Assembly (NCBI GenBank): GCA_036172245.1
Contig: JAYWIR010000112.1
Location: 1 to 64,000, forward strand
DNA: 64,000 nt
DNA from: Raillietiella orientalis
Lineage: Eukaryota
Direction: 5' to 3'
The notes under the pieces were generated by a model. It worked only from the letters and a program-made list of their open reading frames with translations, did not search any database and was not told where the DNA came from. Both the position numbers and the translations under genes were made by a program. Below, piece by piece: positions 1 to 13,200 of this stretch (positions are counted from its first letter, which is position 1; each line of letters starts with the position of its first letter).

Positions 1-328
1 CGAAATAGAAAGCGAGTGTTTTCCTTCGATGTGATCCATTATGTGGTGAAAATTTAAAACTTTTGTGAGTTGTAATCAATTGCAAATCAGGACATTTCAC
101 CATTGCACTTTTGCGCTTTCTGGCGAAGCATCCATTTGCAGTGAGCTGCAGATTCACGGAATGGAGCCGCACATCATTCCAATTTCTTGGTTTCAGAGGA
201 TGACTAAGAGGATTCCTACATTTAATTATGGTGGGGCACTTTTGACTCTGCGATGTTTTCACGGCAAGCAGCGTTGGAATTAGAAAGCGAGTGTTTTCCT
301 TCGATGTGATCCATTATGTGGTCAAAAT

Positions 329-350
329 TTACAACTTTTGTGAGTTGTAA
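329..350. other. Dyad 1 of the monomer: TTACAACT-(6 nt)-AGTTGTAA perfect 8-bp inverted repeat, recurring in most monomers
   Basis: 329-336 TTACAACT is the reverse complement of 343-350 AGTTGTAA; the loop is TTTGTG. Confidence 0.9.
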
Positions 351-408
351 TCAATTCCAAATCAGGACATTTCACCATTGCACTTTTGCTCTTTCTCGCG
401 AAGCATCC

Positions 409-428
409 ATTTGCAGTGAGCTGCAAAT
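409..428. other. Dyad 2 of the monomer: ATTTGCAG-TGAG-CTGCAAAT perfect 8-bp inverted repeat, recurring in most monomers
   Basis: 409-416 ATTTGCAG is the reverse complement of 421-428 CTGCAAAT; the loop is 4 nt. Confidence 0.9.
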
Positions 429-2479
429 TCACGGAATGGAGCCGCACATCATTCCAATTTCTTGGTTTCAGAGGATGACTAAGAGGATTCCTACATTTCA
501 TTATGGTGGGGCACGTTTGACTCTGCGCTGTTTTCATGGCAACCAGCGTCGGAATTAGAAAGCGAGTATTTTCCTTCGATGTGATTCATTATGTGGTCAA
601 AATTAAAACTTTTGTGGGTGGTAATTAATTCGAACTCAGGAGATTAAGCCATTGCTCTTTTGCTCTTTCTTGCGAAGCATCCGTTTGAAGTGAGCTGCAA
701 ATTCACGGAATGGAGCCGCACATCATTTCAATTTCTTGGTTTCAGTGGATGTCGAAGAGGATTCCTACATTTCATTATGATGGGGCACTGTTGATTCTGC
801 GCTGTTTTCATGGCAACCAGCGTCGGAATTTGAAAGCGAGTCTTTTCCTTCGATGTGATTCATTATGTGGTCAAGATTTACAACTTTCTTGAGTTGTAAT
901 CAATTCCAAATCAGTACATTTGACCATTGCACTTTTGCTCTTTCTCGCGAAGCATCCATTTGCAGTGAGCTGCAAATTCACGGAGTATAGCCGAACATCA
1001 TTCCAATTTCTTGGTTTCAAAGGATGACTAAGAGGATTCCTACATTTCATTATGGTGGGGCACTTTTGACTCTGCGCTGTTTTCATGGCAACCAGCGTCG
1101 GAATTAAAAAGCGAGTATTTTCCTTCGCTGTGATTCATTATGTGGTAAAAATTTACAACTTTTGTGAGTTTTCATCAATTCTAAATTAGGACATTTCGCC
1201 AATGCGCTTTTGCTCTTTCTCGCGAAGCATCCATTTGCAGTGAGCTGCAAATTCACGGAATGGAGCCGCACATCATTCCAATTTCTTGGTTTCTGTGGAT
1301 GACTAAGTGGATTCCTACATTTCATTAGGATGGGGCACTTTTGATTCTGCGCTGTTTTCATGGCAACCAGCGTCGGAATTTGAAAGCGAGTGTTTTCCTT
1401 CGATGTGATTCATTATGTGGTCAAGATTTACAACTTTTTTGAGTTGTAATCAATTCCAAATCAGTACATTTGACCATTGCACTTTTGCTCTTTCTCGCGA
1501 AGCATCCATTTGCAGTGAGCTGCAAATTCACGGAATGGAGCCGCACATCATTCCAATTTCTTGGTTTCAGAGGATGACTAAGAGGATTCCTACATTTCAT
1601 TATGATGGGGCACTTTTGACTCTGCGCTGTTTTCATGGCAACCAGCGTCGGAATTAGAAAGCGAGTATTTTCCTTCGCTGTGATTCATTATGTGGTCAAA
1701 ATTTACAACTTTTGTGAGTTTTCATCAATTCTAAATCAGGACATTTCACCAATGCACTTTTGCTCTTTCTCGCGAAGCATCCATTTGCAGTGAGCTGCAA
1801 ATTCACGGAATGGAGCCGCACATCATTCCAATTTCTTGGTTTCAGAGGATGACTAAGAGGATTCCTACATTTCATTAGGATGGGGCACTTTTGATTCTGC
1901 GCTGTTTTCATGGCAACCAGCGTCGGAATTTGAAAGCGAGTGTTTTCCTTCGATGTGATTCATTATGTGGTCAAGATTTACAACTTTTTTGAGTTGTAAT
2001 CAATTCCAAATCAGTACATTTGACCATTGCACTTTTGCTCTTTCTCGCGAAGCATCCATTTGCAGTGAGCTGCAAATTCACGAAATGGAGCCGCACATCA
2101 TTCCAATTTCTTTGTTTCAGGGGATGACTAAGAGGATTCCTACATTTCGTTATGGTGGGGCACTTTTGACTCTGCGCGGTTTTCATGGCAACCAGCGTCG
2201 GAATTAGAAAGCGAGTATTTTCCTTCGATGTGATTCATTATGTGGTCAAAATTGAAACTTTTGTGGGTGGTAATTAATTCGAACTCAGGAGATTAAGCCA
2301 TTGCTCTTTTGCTCTTTCTTGCGAAGCATCCGTTTGAAGTGAGCTGCAAATTCACGGAGTGGAGCCGCACATCATTCCAATTTCTTGGTTTCAGAGGATG
2401 ACTAAGAGGATTCCTACATTTCATTATGATGGGGCACTTTTGATTCTGCGCTGTTTTCATGGCAACCAGCGTCGGAATT

Positions 2480-4400
2480 TGAAAGCGAGTGTTTTCCTTC
2501 GATGTGATTCATTATGTGGTCAAAATTTACAACTTTTGTGAGTTGTAATCAATTCCAAATCAGTACATTTGACCATTGCACTTTTGCTCTTTCTCGCGAA
2601 GCATCCATTTGCAGTGAGCTGCAAATTCACGGAATGGAGCCGCACATCATTCCAATTTCTTGGTTTCAGAGGATGACTAAGAGGATTCCTACATTTCATT
2701 ATGGTGGGGCACTTTTGACTCTGCGCTGTTTTCATGGCAACCAGCGTCGGAATTAGAAAGCGAGTATTTTCCTTCGCTGTGATTCATTATGTGGTCAAAA
2801 TTTACAACTTTTGTGAGTTTTCATCAATTCTAAATCAGGACATTTCACCAATGCACTTTTGCTCTTTCTCGCGAAGCATCCATTTGCAGTGAGCTGCAAA
2901 TTCACGGAATGGAGCCGCACATCATTCCAATTTCTTGGTTTCAGAGGATGACTAAGAGGATTCCTACATTTCATTATGATGGGGCACTTTTGACTCTGCG
3001 CTGTTTTCATGGCAACCAGAGTCGGAATTAGAAAGCGAGTGTTTTCCTTCGATGTGATTCATTATGTGGTCAAAATTTACAACTTTTGTGAGTTGTAATC
3101 AATTCCAAATCAGTACATTTCTCCATTGCACTTTTGCTCTTTCTCGCGAAGCATCCATTTGCAGTGAGGTGCAAGTTCACGGAATGGAGCTGCACATCAT
3201 TCCAATTTCTTGGTTTCAGAGGATGACTAAGAGGATTCCTACATTTCATTATGATGGGGCACTTTTGACTCTGCGCTGTTTTCATGGCAACCAGAGTCGG
3301 AATTAGAAAGCGAGTGTTTTCCTTCGATGTGATTCATTATGTGGTCAAAATTTACAACTTTTGTGAGTTGTAATCAATTCCAAATCAGTACATTTCACCA
3401 TTGCACTTTTGCTCTTTCTCGCGAAGCATCCATTTGCAGTGAGGTGCAAATTCTCGGAATGGAGCCGCACATCATTCCAATTTCTTTGTTTCAGAGGATG
3501 ACTAAGAGGATTCCTACATTTCATCATGATGGGGCACTTTTGACTCTGCGCTGTTTTCATGGCAAGCAGCGTCGGAATTAGAAAGCGAGTGTTTTCCTTC
3601 GATGTGATTCATTATGTGGTCAAAATTTACAACTTTTGTCAGTTTACATCAATTCTAAATCAGGACGTTTCACTATTGCCCTTTTGCTCTTTCTCGCAAA
3701 GCATCCATTTTCAGTGAGCTGTTAATTCACAGAATGATGCCGAACATCATACCAATTTCTTGGTTTCAGAGGATGACTAAGAGCATTTTTACATTTCATT
3801 ATGGTGGGGCACTTTTGACTCTGTGCTGTTTTCATGGCAACCAGCTTCGGAATTAGAAAGCGAATGTTTTCCTTCGAACTCAATCATTATCTGGTCAAAA
3901 TTCACATCTTTTGTGGGTTGTAATTAATTCGTACTAATGTGATTAAACTATTGCTCTTTGGCTCTATGTTGCGAAGCATCCATTTGGAGTGAGCTGCAAA
4001 TTCACGGAGTATAGCCGAACATCATTCCAATTTCTTGGTTTCAGAGGATGACTAAGAGGATTCCTACATTTCATTAGGATGGGGCACTTTTGATTCTGCG
4101 CTGTTTTCATGGCAACCAGCGTCGGAATTTGAAAGCGAGTGTTTTCCTTCGATGTGATTCATTATGTGGTCAAGATTTACAACTTTTTTGAGTTGTAATC
4201 AATTCCAAATCAGTACATTTGACCATTGCACTTTTGCTCTTTCTCGCGAAGCATCCATTTGCAGTGAGCTGCAAATTCACGGAATGGAGCCGCACATCAT
4301 TCCAATTTCTTGGTTTCAGAGGATGACTAAGAGGATTCCTACATTTCATTATGATGGGGCACTTTTGACTCTGCGCTGTTTTCATGGCAACCAGAGTCGG
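2480..4400. repeat. Block of ~7 monomers, copied at ~8800-10720 (offset 6326 bp = 23 monomers + 1)
   Basis: Identical or near-identical variant ORFs at 3064/9390, 3339/9665 and 4164/10490; rare marker GTTAATTCACAGAATGATG at 3721 and 10047. Confidence 0.85.
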
Positions 4401-7400
4401 AATTAGAAAGCGAGTGTTTTCCTTCGATGTGATTCATTATGTGGTCAAAATTTACAACTTTTGTGAGTTTTCTTCAATTCTAAATCAGGACATTTCACCA
4501 ATGCACTTTTGCTCTTTCTCGCGAAGCAATTATTTGCAGTGAGCTGCAAATTCACGGAATGGAGCCGCACATCATTCCAATTTCTTGGTTTCAGAGGATG
4601 ACTAAGAGGATTCCTACATTTCATTATGATGGGGCACTTTTGACTCTGCGCTGTTTTCATGGCAACCAGAGTCGGAATTAGAAAGCGAGTGTTTTCCTTC
4701 GATGTGATTCATTATGTGGTCAAAATTTACAACTTTTGTGAGTTGTAATCAATTCCAAATCAGTACATTTCACCATTGCACTTTTGCTCTTTCTCGCGAA
4801 GCATCCATTTGCAGTGAGCTGCAAATTCACGGAATGGAGCCGCACATCATTCCAATTTCTTGGTTTCAGAGGATGACTAAGAGGATTCCTACATTTCATT
4901 ATGGTGGGACACTTTTGACTCTTCGCTTTTGTTGATGGCAAGGAGCGTCGGAATTAAAAAGCGAATGTTTTCCTTCGATCAGATTCACGATATGGGCGAA
5001 ATTTACATCTTTTGTGGGTTGTAATTAATTCGAAATCAAAAGATTAAGCCATTGCTCTTTTGCTCTTTCTCTCGAAACATCCATTTGCAGTGAGCTGCCA
5101 ATTCACGAAATGGAGCCGCACATCATTCCAATTTCTTTGTTTCAGGGGATGACTAAGAGGATTCCTACATTTCGTTATGGTGGGGCACTTTTGACTCTGC
5201 GCGGTTTTCATGGCAACCAGCGTCGGAATTAGAAAGCGAGGATTTTCCTTCGATGTGATTCATTATGTGGTCAAAATTAAAACTTTTGTGGGTGGTAATT
5301 AATTCGAACTCAGGAGATTAAGCCATTGCTCTTTTGCTCTTTCTTGCGAAGCATCCGTTTGAAGTGAGCTGCAAATTCACGGAGTGGAGCCGCACATCAT
5401 TCCAATTTCTTGGTTTCAGAGGATGACTAAGGGGATTCCTACATTTAATTATGGTGGGGCACTTTTGACTCTGCGCTGTTTCCATGGCAAGCAGCGTTGG
5501 AATTAGAAAGCGAGTGTTTTCCTTCGATGTGATCGATTATGTGGTAAAAATTTACAACTTTTGTGAGTTGTAATCAATTGCAAATCAGGACATTTCACCA
5601 TTGCACTTTTGCGCTTTCTGGCGAAGCATCCATTTGCAGTGAGCTGCAAATTCACGGAGTATAGCCGAACATCATTCCAATTTCTTGGTTTCAAAGGATG
5701 ACTAAGAGGATTCCTACATTTCATTATGGTGGGGCACTTTTGACTCTGCGCTGTTTTCATGGCAACCAGCGTCGGAATTAGAAAGCGAGTATTTTCCTTC
5801 GATGTGATTCATTATGTGGTCAAGATTTACAACTTTTTTGAGTTGTAATCAATTCCAAATCAGTACATTTGACCATTGCACTTTTGCTCTTTCTCGCGAA
5901 GCATCCATTTGCAGTGAGCTGCAAATTCACGGAGTATAGCCGAACATCATTCCAATTTCTTGGTTTCAGAGGATGACTAAGGGGATTCCTACATTTAATT
6001 ATGGTGGGGCACTTTTGACTCTGCGCTGTTTCCATGGCAAGCAGCGTTGGAATTAGAAAGCGAGTGTTTTCCTTCGATGTGATCGATTATGTGGTCAAAA
6101 TTTACAACTTTTGTGAGTTGTAATCAATTGCAAATCAGGACATTTCACCATTGCACTTTTGCGCTTTCTGGCGAAGCATCCATTTGCAGTGAGCTGCAAA
6201 TTCACGGAATGGAGCCGCACATCATTCCAATTTCTTGGTTTCAGAGGATGACTAAGAGGATTCCTACATTTCATTATGGTGGGGCATTTTTGACTCTGCG
6301 CTGTTTTCATGGCAACCAGCGTCGGAATTAGAAAGCGAGTATTTTTTTTTTCGATGTGATTCATTATGTGGTCAAAATTTACAACTTTTGTGAGTTTTCA
6401 TCAATTCTAAATCAGGACATTTCACCAATGCACTTTTGCTCTTTCTCGCGAAGCATCCATTTGCAGTGAGCTGCAAATTCACGGAATGGAGCCGCACATC
6501 ATTCCAATTTCTTGGTTTCAGAGGATGACTAAGAGGATTCCTACATTTCATTATGATGGGGCACTTTTGATTCTGCGCTGTTTTCATGGCAACCAGCGTC
6601 GGAATTTGAAAGCGAGTGTTTTCCTTCGATGTGATTCATTATGTGGTCAAGATTTACAACTTTTGTGAGTTGTAATCAATTGCAAATCAGGACATTTCAC
6701 CATTGCACTTTTGCTCTTTCTCGCGAAGCATCCATTTGCAGTGAGCTGCAAATTCACGGAATGGAGCCGAACATCATTCCAATTTCTTGGTTTCAGAGGA
6801 TGACTAAGAGGATTCCTACATTTCGTTATGGTGGGGCACTTTTGACTCTGCGCGGTTTTCATGGCAACCAGCGTCGGAATTAGAAAGCGAGTGTTTTCCT
6901 TCGATGTGATCCATTATGTGGTGAAAATTTAGAACTTTTTTGAGTTGTAATCAATTGCAAATCAGGACATTTCACCATTGCACTTTTGCGCTTTCTGGCG
7001 AAGCATCCATTTGCAATGAGCTGCAAATTCACGGAGTATAGCCGAACATCATTCCAATTTCTTGGTTTCAGAGGATGACTAAGAGGATTCCTACATTTCA
7101 TTAGGATGAGGCACTTTTGATTCTGCGCTGTTTTCATGGCAACCAGCGTCGGAATTTGAAAGCGAGTGTTTTCCTTCGATGTGCTTCATTATGTGGTCAA
7201 GATTTACAACTTTTTTGAGTTGTAATCAATTCCAAATCAGTACATTCTACTATTGCACTTTTGCTCTTTCTCGCGAAGCATCCATTTGCAGTGAGCTGCA
7301 AATTCACGGAATGGAGCCGCACATCATTCCAATTTCTTGGTTTCAGAGGATGACTAAGAGGATTCCTACATTTCATTATGATGGGGCACTTTTGACTCTG

Positions 7401-10400
7401 CGCTGTTTTCATGGCAACCAGAGTCGGAATTAGAAAGCGAGTGTTTTCCTTCGATGTGATTCATTATGTGGTCAAAATTTACAACTTTTGTGAGTTGTAA
7501 TCAATTCCAAATCAGTACATTTCACCATTGCACTTTTGCTCTTTCTCGCGAAGCATCCATTTGCAGTGAGGTGCAAATTCTCGGAATGGAGCCGCACATC
7601 ATTCCAATTTCTTGGTTTCAGAGGATGACTAAGAGGATTCCTACATTTCATTATGATGGGGCACTTTTGACTCTGCGCTGTTTTCATGGCAACCAGCGTC
7701 GGAATTAGAAAGCGAGTGTTTTCCTTCGATGTGATTCATTATGTGGTCAAAATTTACAACTTTTGTGAGTTGTAATCAATTCCAAATCAGTACATTTCTC
7801 CATTGCACTTTTGCTCTTTCTCGCGAAGCATCCATTTGCAGTGAGGTGCAAATTCACGGAATGGAGCCGCACATCATTCCAATTTCTTGGTTTCAGAGGA
7901 TGACTAAGAGGATTCCTACATTTCATTATGATGGGGCACTTTTGACTCTGCGCTGTTTTGATGGCAACCAGAGTCGGAATTAGAAAGCGAGTGTTTTCCT
8001 TCGATGTGATTAGTATGTGGTCAAAATTTACAACTTTTGTGAGTTGTAATCAATTCTAAATCAGGACGTTTCACCATTGCCCTTTTGCTCTTTCTCGCAA
8101 AGCATCCATTTTCAGTGAGCTGTTAATTCACAGAATGATGCCGCACATCATACCAATTTCTTGGTTTCAGAGGATGACTAAGAGCATTTTTACATTTCAT
8201 TATGGTGGGGCACTTTTGACTCTGTGCTGTTTTCATGGCAACCAGCTTCGGAATTAGAAAGCGAATGTTTTCCTTCGAACTCAATCATTATCTGGTCAAA
8301 ATTCACATCTTTTGTGGGTTGTAATTAATTCGTACTCAGGTGATTAAACTATTGCTCTTTGGCTCTATGTTGCGAAGCATCCATTTGCAGTGAGCTGCAA
8401 ATTCACGGAGTATAGCCGAACATCATTCCAATTTCTTGGTTTCAGAGGATGACTAAGAGGATTCCTACATTTCATTAGGATGGGGCACTTTTGATTCTGC
8501 GCTGTTTTCATGGCAACCAGCGTCGGAATTTGAAAGCGAGTGTTTTCCTTCGATGTGATTCATTATGTGGTCAAGATTTACAACTTTTTTGAGTTGTAAT
8601 CAATTCCAAATCAGTACATTTGACCATTGCACTTTTGCTCTTTCTCGCGAAGCATCCATTTGCAGTGAGCTGCAAATTCACGGAATGGAGCCGCACATCA
8701 TTCCAATTTCTTGGTTTCAGAGGATGACTAAGAGGATTCCTACATTTCATTATGATGGGGCACTTTTGACTCTGCGCTGTTTTCATGGCAACCAGAGTCG
8801 GAATTAGAAAGCGAGTGTTTTCCTTCGATGTGATTCAATATGTGGTCAAAATTTACAACTTTTGTGAGTTGTAATCAATTCCAAATCAGTACATTTGACC
8901 ATTGCACTTGTGCTCTTTCTCGCGAAGCATCCATTTGCAGTGAGCTGCAAATTCACGGAATGGAGCCGCACATCATTCCAATTTCTTGGTTTCAAAGGAT
9001 GACTAAGAGGATTCCTACATTTCATTATGGTGGGGCACTTTTGACTCTGCGCTGTTTTCATGGCAACCAGCGTCGGAATTAGAAAGCGAGTATTTTCCTT
9101 CGCTGTGATTCATTATGTGGTCAAAATTTACAACTTTTGTGAGTTTTCTTCAATTCTAAATCAGGACATTTCACCAATGCACTTTTGCTCTTTCTCGCGA
9201 AGCAACCATTTGCAGTGAGCTGCAAATTCACGGAATGGAGCCGCACATCATTCCAATTTCTTGGTTTCAGAGGATGACTAAGAGGATTCCTACATTTCAT
9301 TATGATGGGGCACTTTTGACTCTGCGCTGTTTTCATGGCAACCAGAGTCGGAATTAGAAAGCGAGTGTTTTCCTTCGATGTGATTCATTATGTGGTCAAA
9401 ATTTACAACTTTTGTGAGTTGTAATCAATTCCAAATCAGTACATTTCTCCATTGCACTTTTGCTCTTTCTCGCGAAGCATCCATTTGCAGTGAGGTGCAA
9501 GTTCACGGAATGGAGCTGCACATCATTCCAATTTCTTGGTTTCAGAGGATGACTAAGAGGATTCCTACATTTCATTATGATGGGGCACTTTTGACTCTGC
9601 GCTGTTTTCATGGCAACCAGAGTCGGAATTAGAAAGCGAGTGTTTTCCTTCGATGTGATTCATTATGTGGTCAAAATTTACAACTTTTGTGAGTTGTAAT
9701 CAATTCCAAATCAGTACATTTCACCATTGCACTTTTGCTCTTTCTCGCGAAGCATCCATTTGCAGTGAGGTGCAAATTCTCGGAATGGAGCCGCACATCA
9801 TTCCAATTTCTTTGTTTCAGAGGATGACTAAGAGGATTCCTACATTTCATCATGATGGGGCACTTTTGACTCTGCGCTGTTTTCATGGCAAGCAGCGTCG
9901 GAATTAGAAAGCGAGTGTTTTCCTTCGATGTGATTCATTATGTGGTCAAAATTTACAACTTTTGTCAGTTTACATCAATTCTAAATCAGGACGTTTCACT
10001 ATTGCCCTTTTGCTCTTTCTCGCAAAGCATCCATTTTCAGTGAGCTGTTAATTCACAGAATGATGCCGCACATCATACCAATTTCTTGGTTTCAGAGGAT
10101 GACTAAGAGCATTTTTACATTTCATTATGGTGGGGCACTTTTGACTCTGTGCTGTTTTCATGGCAACCAGCTTCGGAATTAGAAAGCGAATGTTTTCCTT
10201 CGAACTCAATCATTATCTGGTCAAAATTCACATCTTTTGTGGGTTGTAATTAATTCGTACTAATGTGATTAAACTATTGCTCTTTGGCTCTATGTTGCGA
10301 AGCATCCATTTGGAGTGAGCTGCAAATTCACGGAGTATAGCCGAACATCATTCCAATTTCTTGGTTTCAGAGGATGACTAAGAGGATTCCTACATTTCAT

Positions 10401-10725
10401 TAGGATGGGGCACTTTTGATTCTGCGCTGTTTTCATGGCAACCAGCGTCGGAATTTGAAAGCGAGTGTTTTCCTTCGATGTGATTCATTATGTGGTCAAG
10501 ATTTACAACTTTTTTGAGTTGTAATCAATTCCAAATCAGTACATTTGACCATTGCACTTTTGCTCTTTCTCGCGAAGCATCCATTTGCAGTGAGCTGCAA
10601 ATTCACGGAATGGAGCCGCACATCATTCCAATTTCTTGGTTTCAGAGGATGACTAAGAGGATTCCTACATTTCATTATGATGGGGCACTTTTGACTCTGC
10701 GCTGTTTTCACGGCAAGCAGCGTTC

Positions 10726-13200
10726 GAAATAGAAAGCGAGTGTTTTCCTTCGATGTGATCCATTATGTGGTGAAAATTTAAAACTTTTGTGAGTTGTAAT
10801 CAATTGCAAATCAGGACATTTCACCATTGCACTTTTGCGCTTTCTCGCGAAGCATCCATTTGCAGTGAGCTGCAAATTCACGGAATGGAGCCGCACATCA
10901 TTCCAATTTCTTGGTTTCAGAGGATGACTAAGAGGATTCCTACATTTCATTATGATGGGGCACTTTTGATTCTGCGCTGTTTTCATGGCAACCAGCGTCG
11001 GAATTTGAAAGCGAGTGTTTTCCTTCGATGTGATTCATTATCTGGTCAAGATTTACAACTTTTTTGAGTTGTAATCAATTCCAAATCAGTACATTTGACC
11101 ATTGCACTTGTGCTCTTTCTCGCGAAGCATCCATTTGCAGTGAGGTGCAAATTCACGGAATGGAGCCGCACATCATTCCAATTTCTTGGTTTCAGAGGAT
11201 GACTAAGAGGATTCCTACATTTCATTATGATGGGGCACTTTTGACTCTGCGCTGTTTTCATGGCAACCAGAGTCGGAATTAGAAAGCGAGTGTTTTCCTT
11301 CGATGTGATTCATTATGTGGTCAAAATTTACAACTTTTGTGAGTTGTAGTCAATTCCAAATCAGTACATTTCTCCATTGCACTTTTGCTCTTTCTCGCGA
11401 AGCATCCATTTGCAGTGAGGTGCAAATTCACGGAATGGAGCCGCACATCATTCCAATTTCTTGGTTTCAGAGGATGACTAAGAGGATTCCTACATTTCAT
11501 TATGATGGGGCACTTTTGACTCTGCGCTGTTTTCATGGCAACCAGAGTCGGAATTAGAAAGCGAGTGTTTTCCTTCGATGTGATTCATTATTTTGTCAAA
11601 ATTTACAACTTTTGTGAGTTGTAATCAATTCCAAATCAGTACATTTCACCATTGCACTTTTGCTCTTTCTCGCGAAGCATCCATTTGCAGTGAGGTGCAA
11701 ATTCTCGGAATGGAGCCGCACATCATTCCAATTTCTTTGTTTCAGAGGATGACTAAGAGGATTCCTACATTTCATTATGATGGGGCACTTTTGACTCTGC
11801 GCTGTTTTCACGGCAAGCAGCGTTCGAAATAGAAAGCGAGTGTTTTCCTTCGATGTGATCCATTATGTGGTGAAAATTTAAAACTTTTGTGAGTTGTAAT
11901 CAATTGCAAATCAGGACATTTCACCATTGCACTTTTGCGCTTTCTCGCGAAGCATCCATTTGCAGTGAGCTGCAAATTCACGGAATGGAGCCGCACATCA
12001 TTCCAATTTCTTGGTTTCAGAGGATGACTAAGAGGATTCCTACATTTCATTATGATGGGGCACTTTTGATTCTGCGCTGTTTTCATGGCAACCAGCGTCG
12101 GAATTTGAAAGCGAGTGTTTTCCTTCGATGTGATTCATTATCTGGTCAAGATTTACAACTTTTTTGAGTTGTAATCAATTCCAAATCAGTACATTTGATC
12201 ATTGCACTTGTGCTCTTTCTCGCGAAGCATCCATTTGCAGTGAGCTGCAAATTCACGGAATGGAGCCGCACATCATTCCAATTTCTTGGTTTCAGAGGAT
12301 GACTAAGAGGATTCCTTCATTTCATTATGATGGGGCACTTTTGATTCTGCGCTGTTTTCATGGCAACCAGCGTCGGAATTTGAAAGCGAGTGTTTTCCTT
12401 CGATGTGATTCATTATCTGGTCAAGATTTACAACTTTTTTGAGTTGTAATCAATTCCAAATCAGTACATTTGATCATTGCACTTCTGCTCTTTCTCGCGA
12501 AGCATCCATTTGCAGTGACCTGCAAATTAACGGAATGGAGCCGCACATCATTCCAATTTCTTGGTTTCAGAGGATGACTAAGAGGATTCCTACATTTCAT
12601 TAGGATGGGGCACTTTTGATTCTGCGCTGTTTTCATGGCAACCAGAGTCGGAATTAGAAAGCGAGTGTTTTCCTTCGATGTGATTCATTATTTTGTCAAA
12701 ATTTACAACTTTTGTGAGTTGTAATCAATTCCAAATCAGTACATTTCACCATTGCACTTTTGCTCTTTCTCGCGAAGCATCCATTTGCAGTGAGGTGCAA
12801 ATTCTCGGAATGGAGCCGCACATCATTCCAATTTCTTTGTTTCAGAGGATGACTAAGAGGATTCCTACATTTCATTATGATGGGGCACTTTTGACTCTGC
12901 GCTGTTTTCACGGCAAGCAGCGTTCGAAATAGAAAGCGAGTGTTTTCCTTCGATGTGATCCATTATGTGGTGAAAATTTAAAACTTTTGTGAGTTGTAAT
13001 CAATTGCAAATCAGGACATTTCACCATTGCACTTTTGCGCTTTCTCGCGAAGCATCCATTTGCAGTGACCTGCAAATTAACGGAATGGAGCCGCACATCA
13101 TTCCAATTTCTTGGTTTCAGAGGATGACTAAGAGGATTCCTACATTTCATTATGATGGGGCACTTTTGACTCTGCGCTGTTTTCATGGCAACCAGAGTCG
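10726..13200. repeat. Local, imperfect 4-monomer (1100-bp) higher-order repeat
   Basis: Marker CGTTCGAAATAG...GTGGTGAAAATTTAAAAC begins monomers at 10726, 11826 and 12926; ORFs at 10708/11808/12908 and 11593/12693. Confidence 0.8.

Larger units (their letters stand above)
277..551 (+). repeat. Representative 275-bp monomer
   Basis: One full unit between successive GAATTAGAAAGCGAG motifs at 277 and 552. Confidence 0.97.

Noticed and set aside
299..404. CENP-B box (TTCG-N4-A-N2-CGGG) near CTTCGATGTG or minus-strand CTTCGCGAGA
   Set aside because: The best candidate matches only about 6 of 9 core positions and lacks CGGG.
395..428. Octamer-like (ATTTGCAT) and TCTCGCGAGA-like transcription factor motifs
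   Set aside because: Both are imperfect (ATTTGCAG, TCTCGCGAAG) and have no promoter context; chance similarity is sufficient.
277..551. Tandem 5S rRNA, tRNA, snRNA or SINE array
   Set aside because: No recognisable 5S sequence, cloverleaf or intact A/B boxes. GTTCGAAAT occurs only in a minority variant and lacks the B-box terminal C. An Rfam search was not run.
6341..6352. Poly-T run replacing TTTTCCTT (+2 bp)
   Set aside because: Single occurrence in a homopolymer; slippage or sequencing error, not a terminator.
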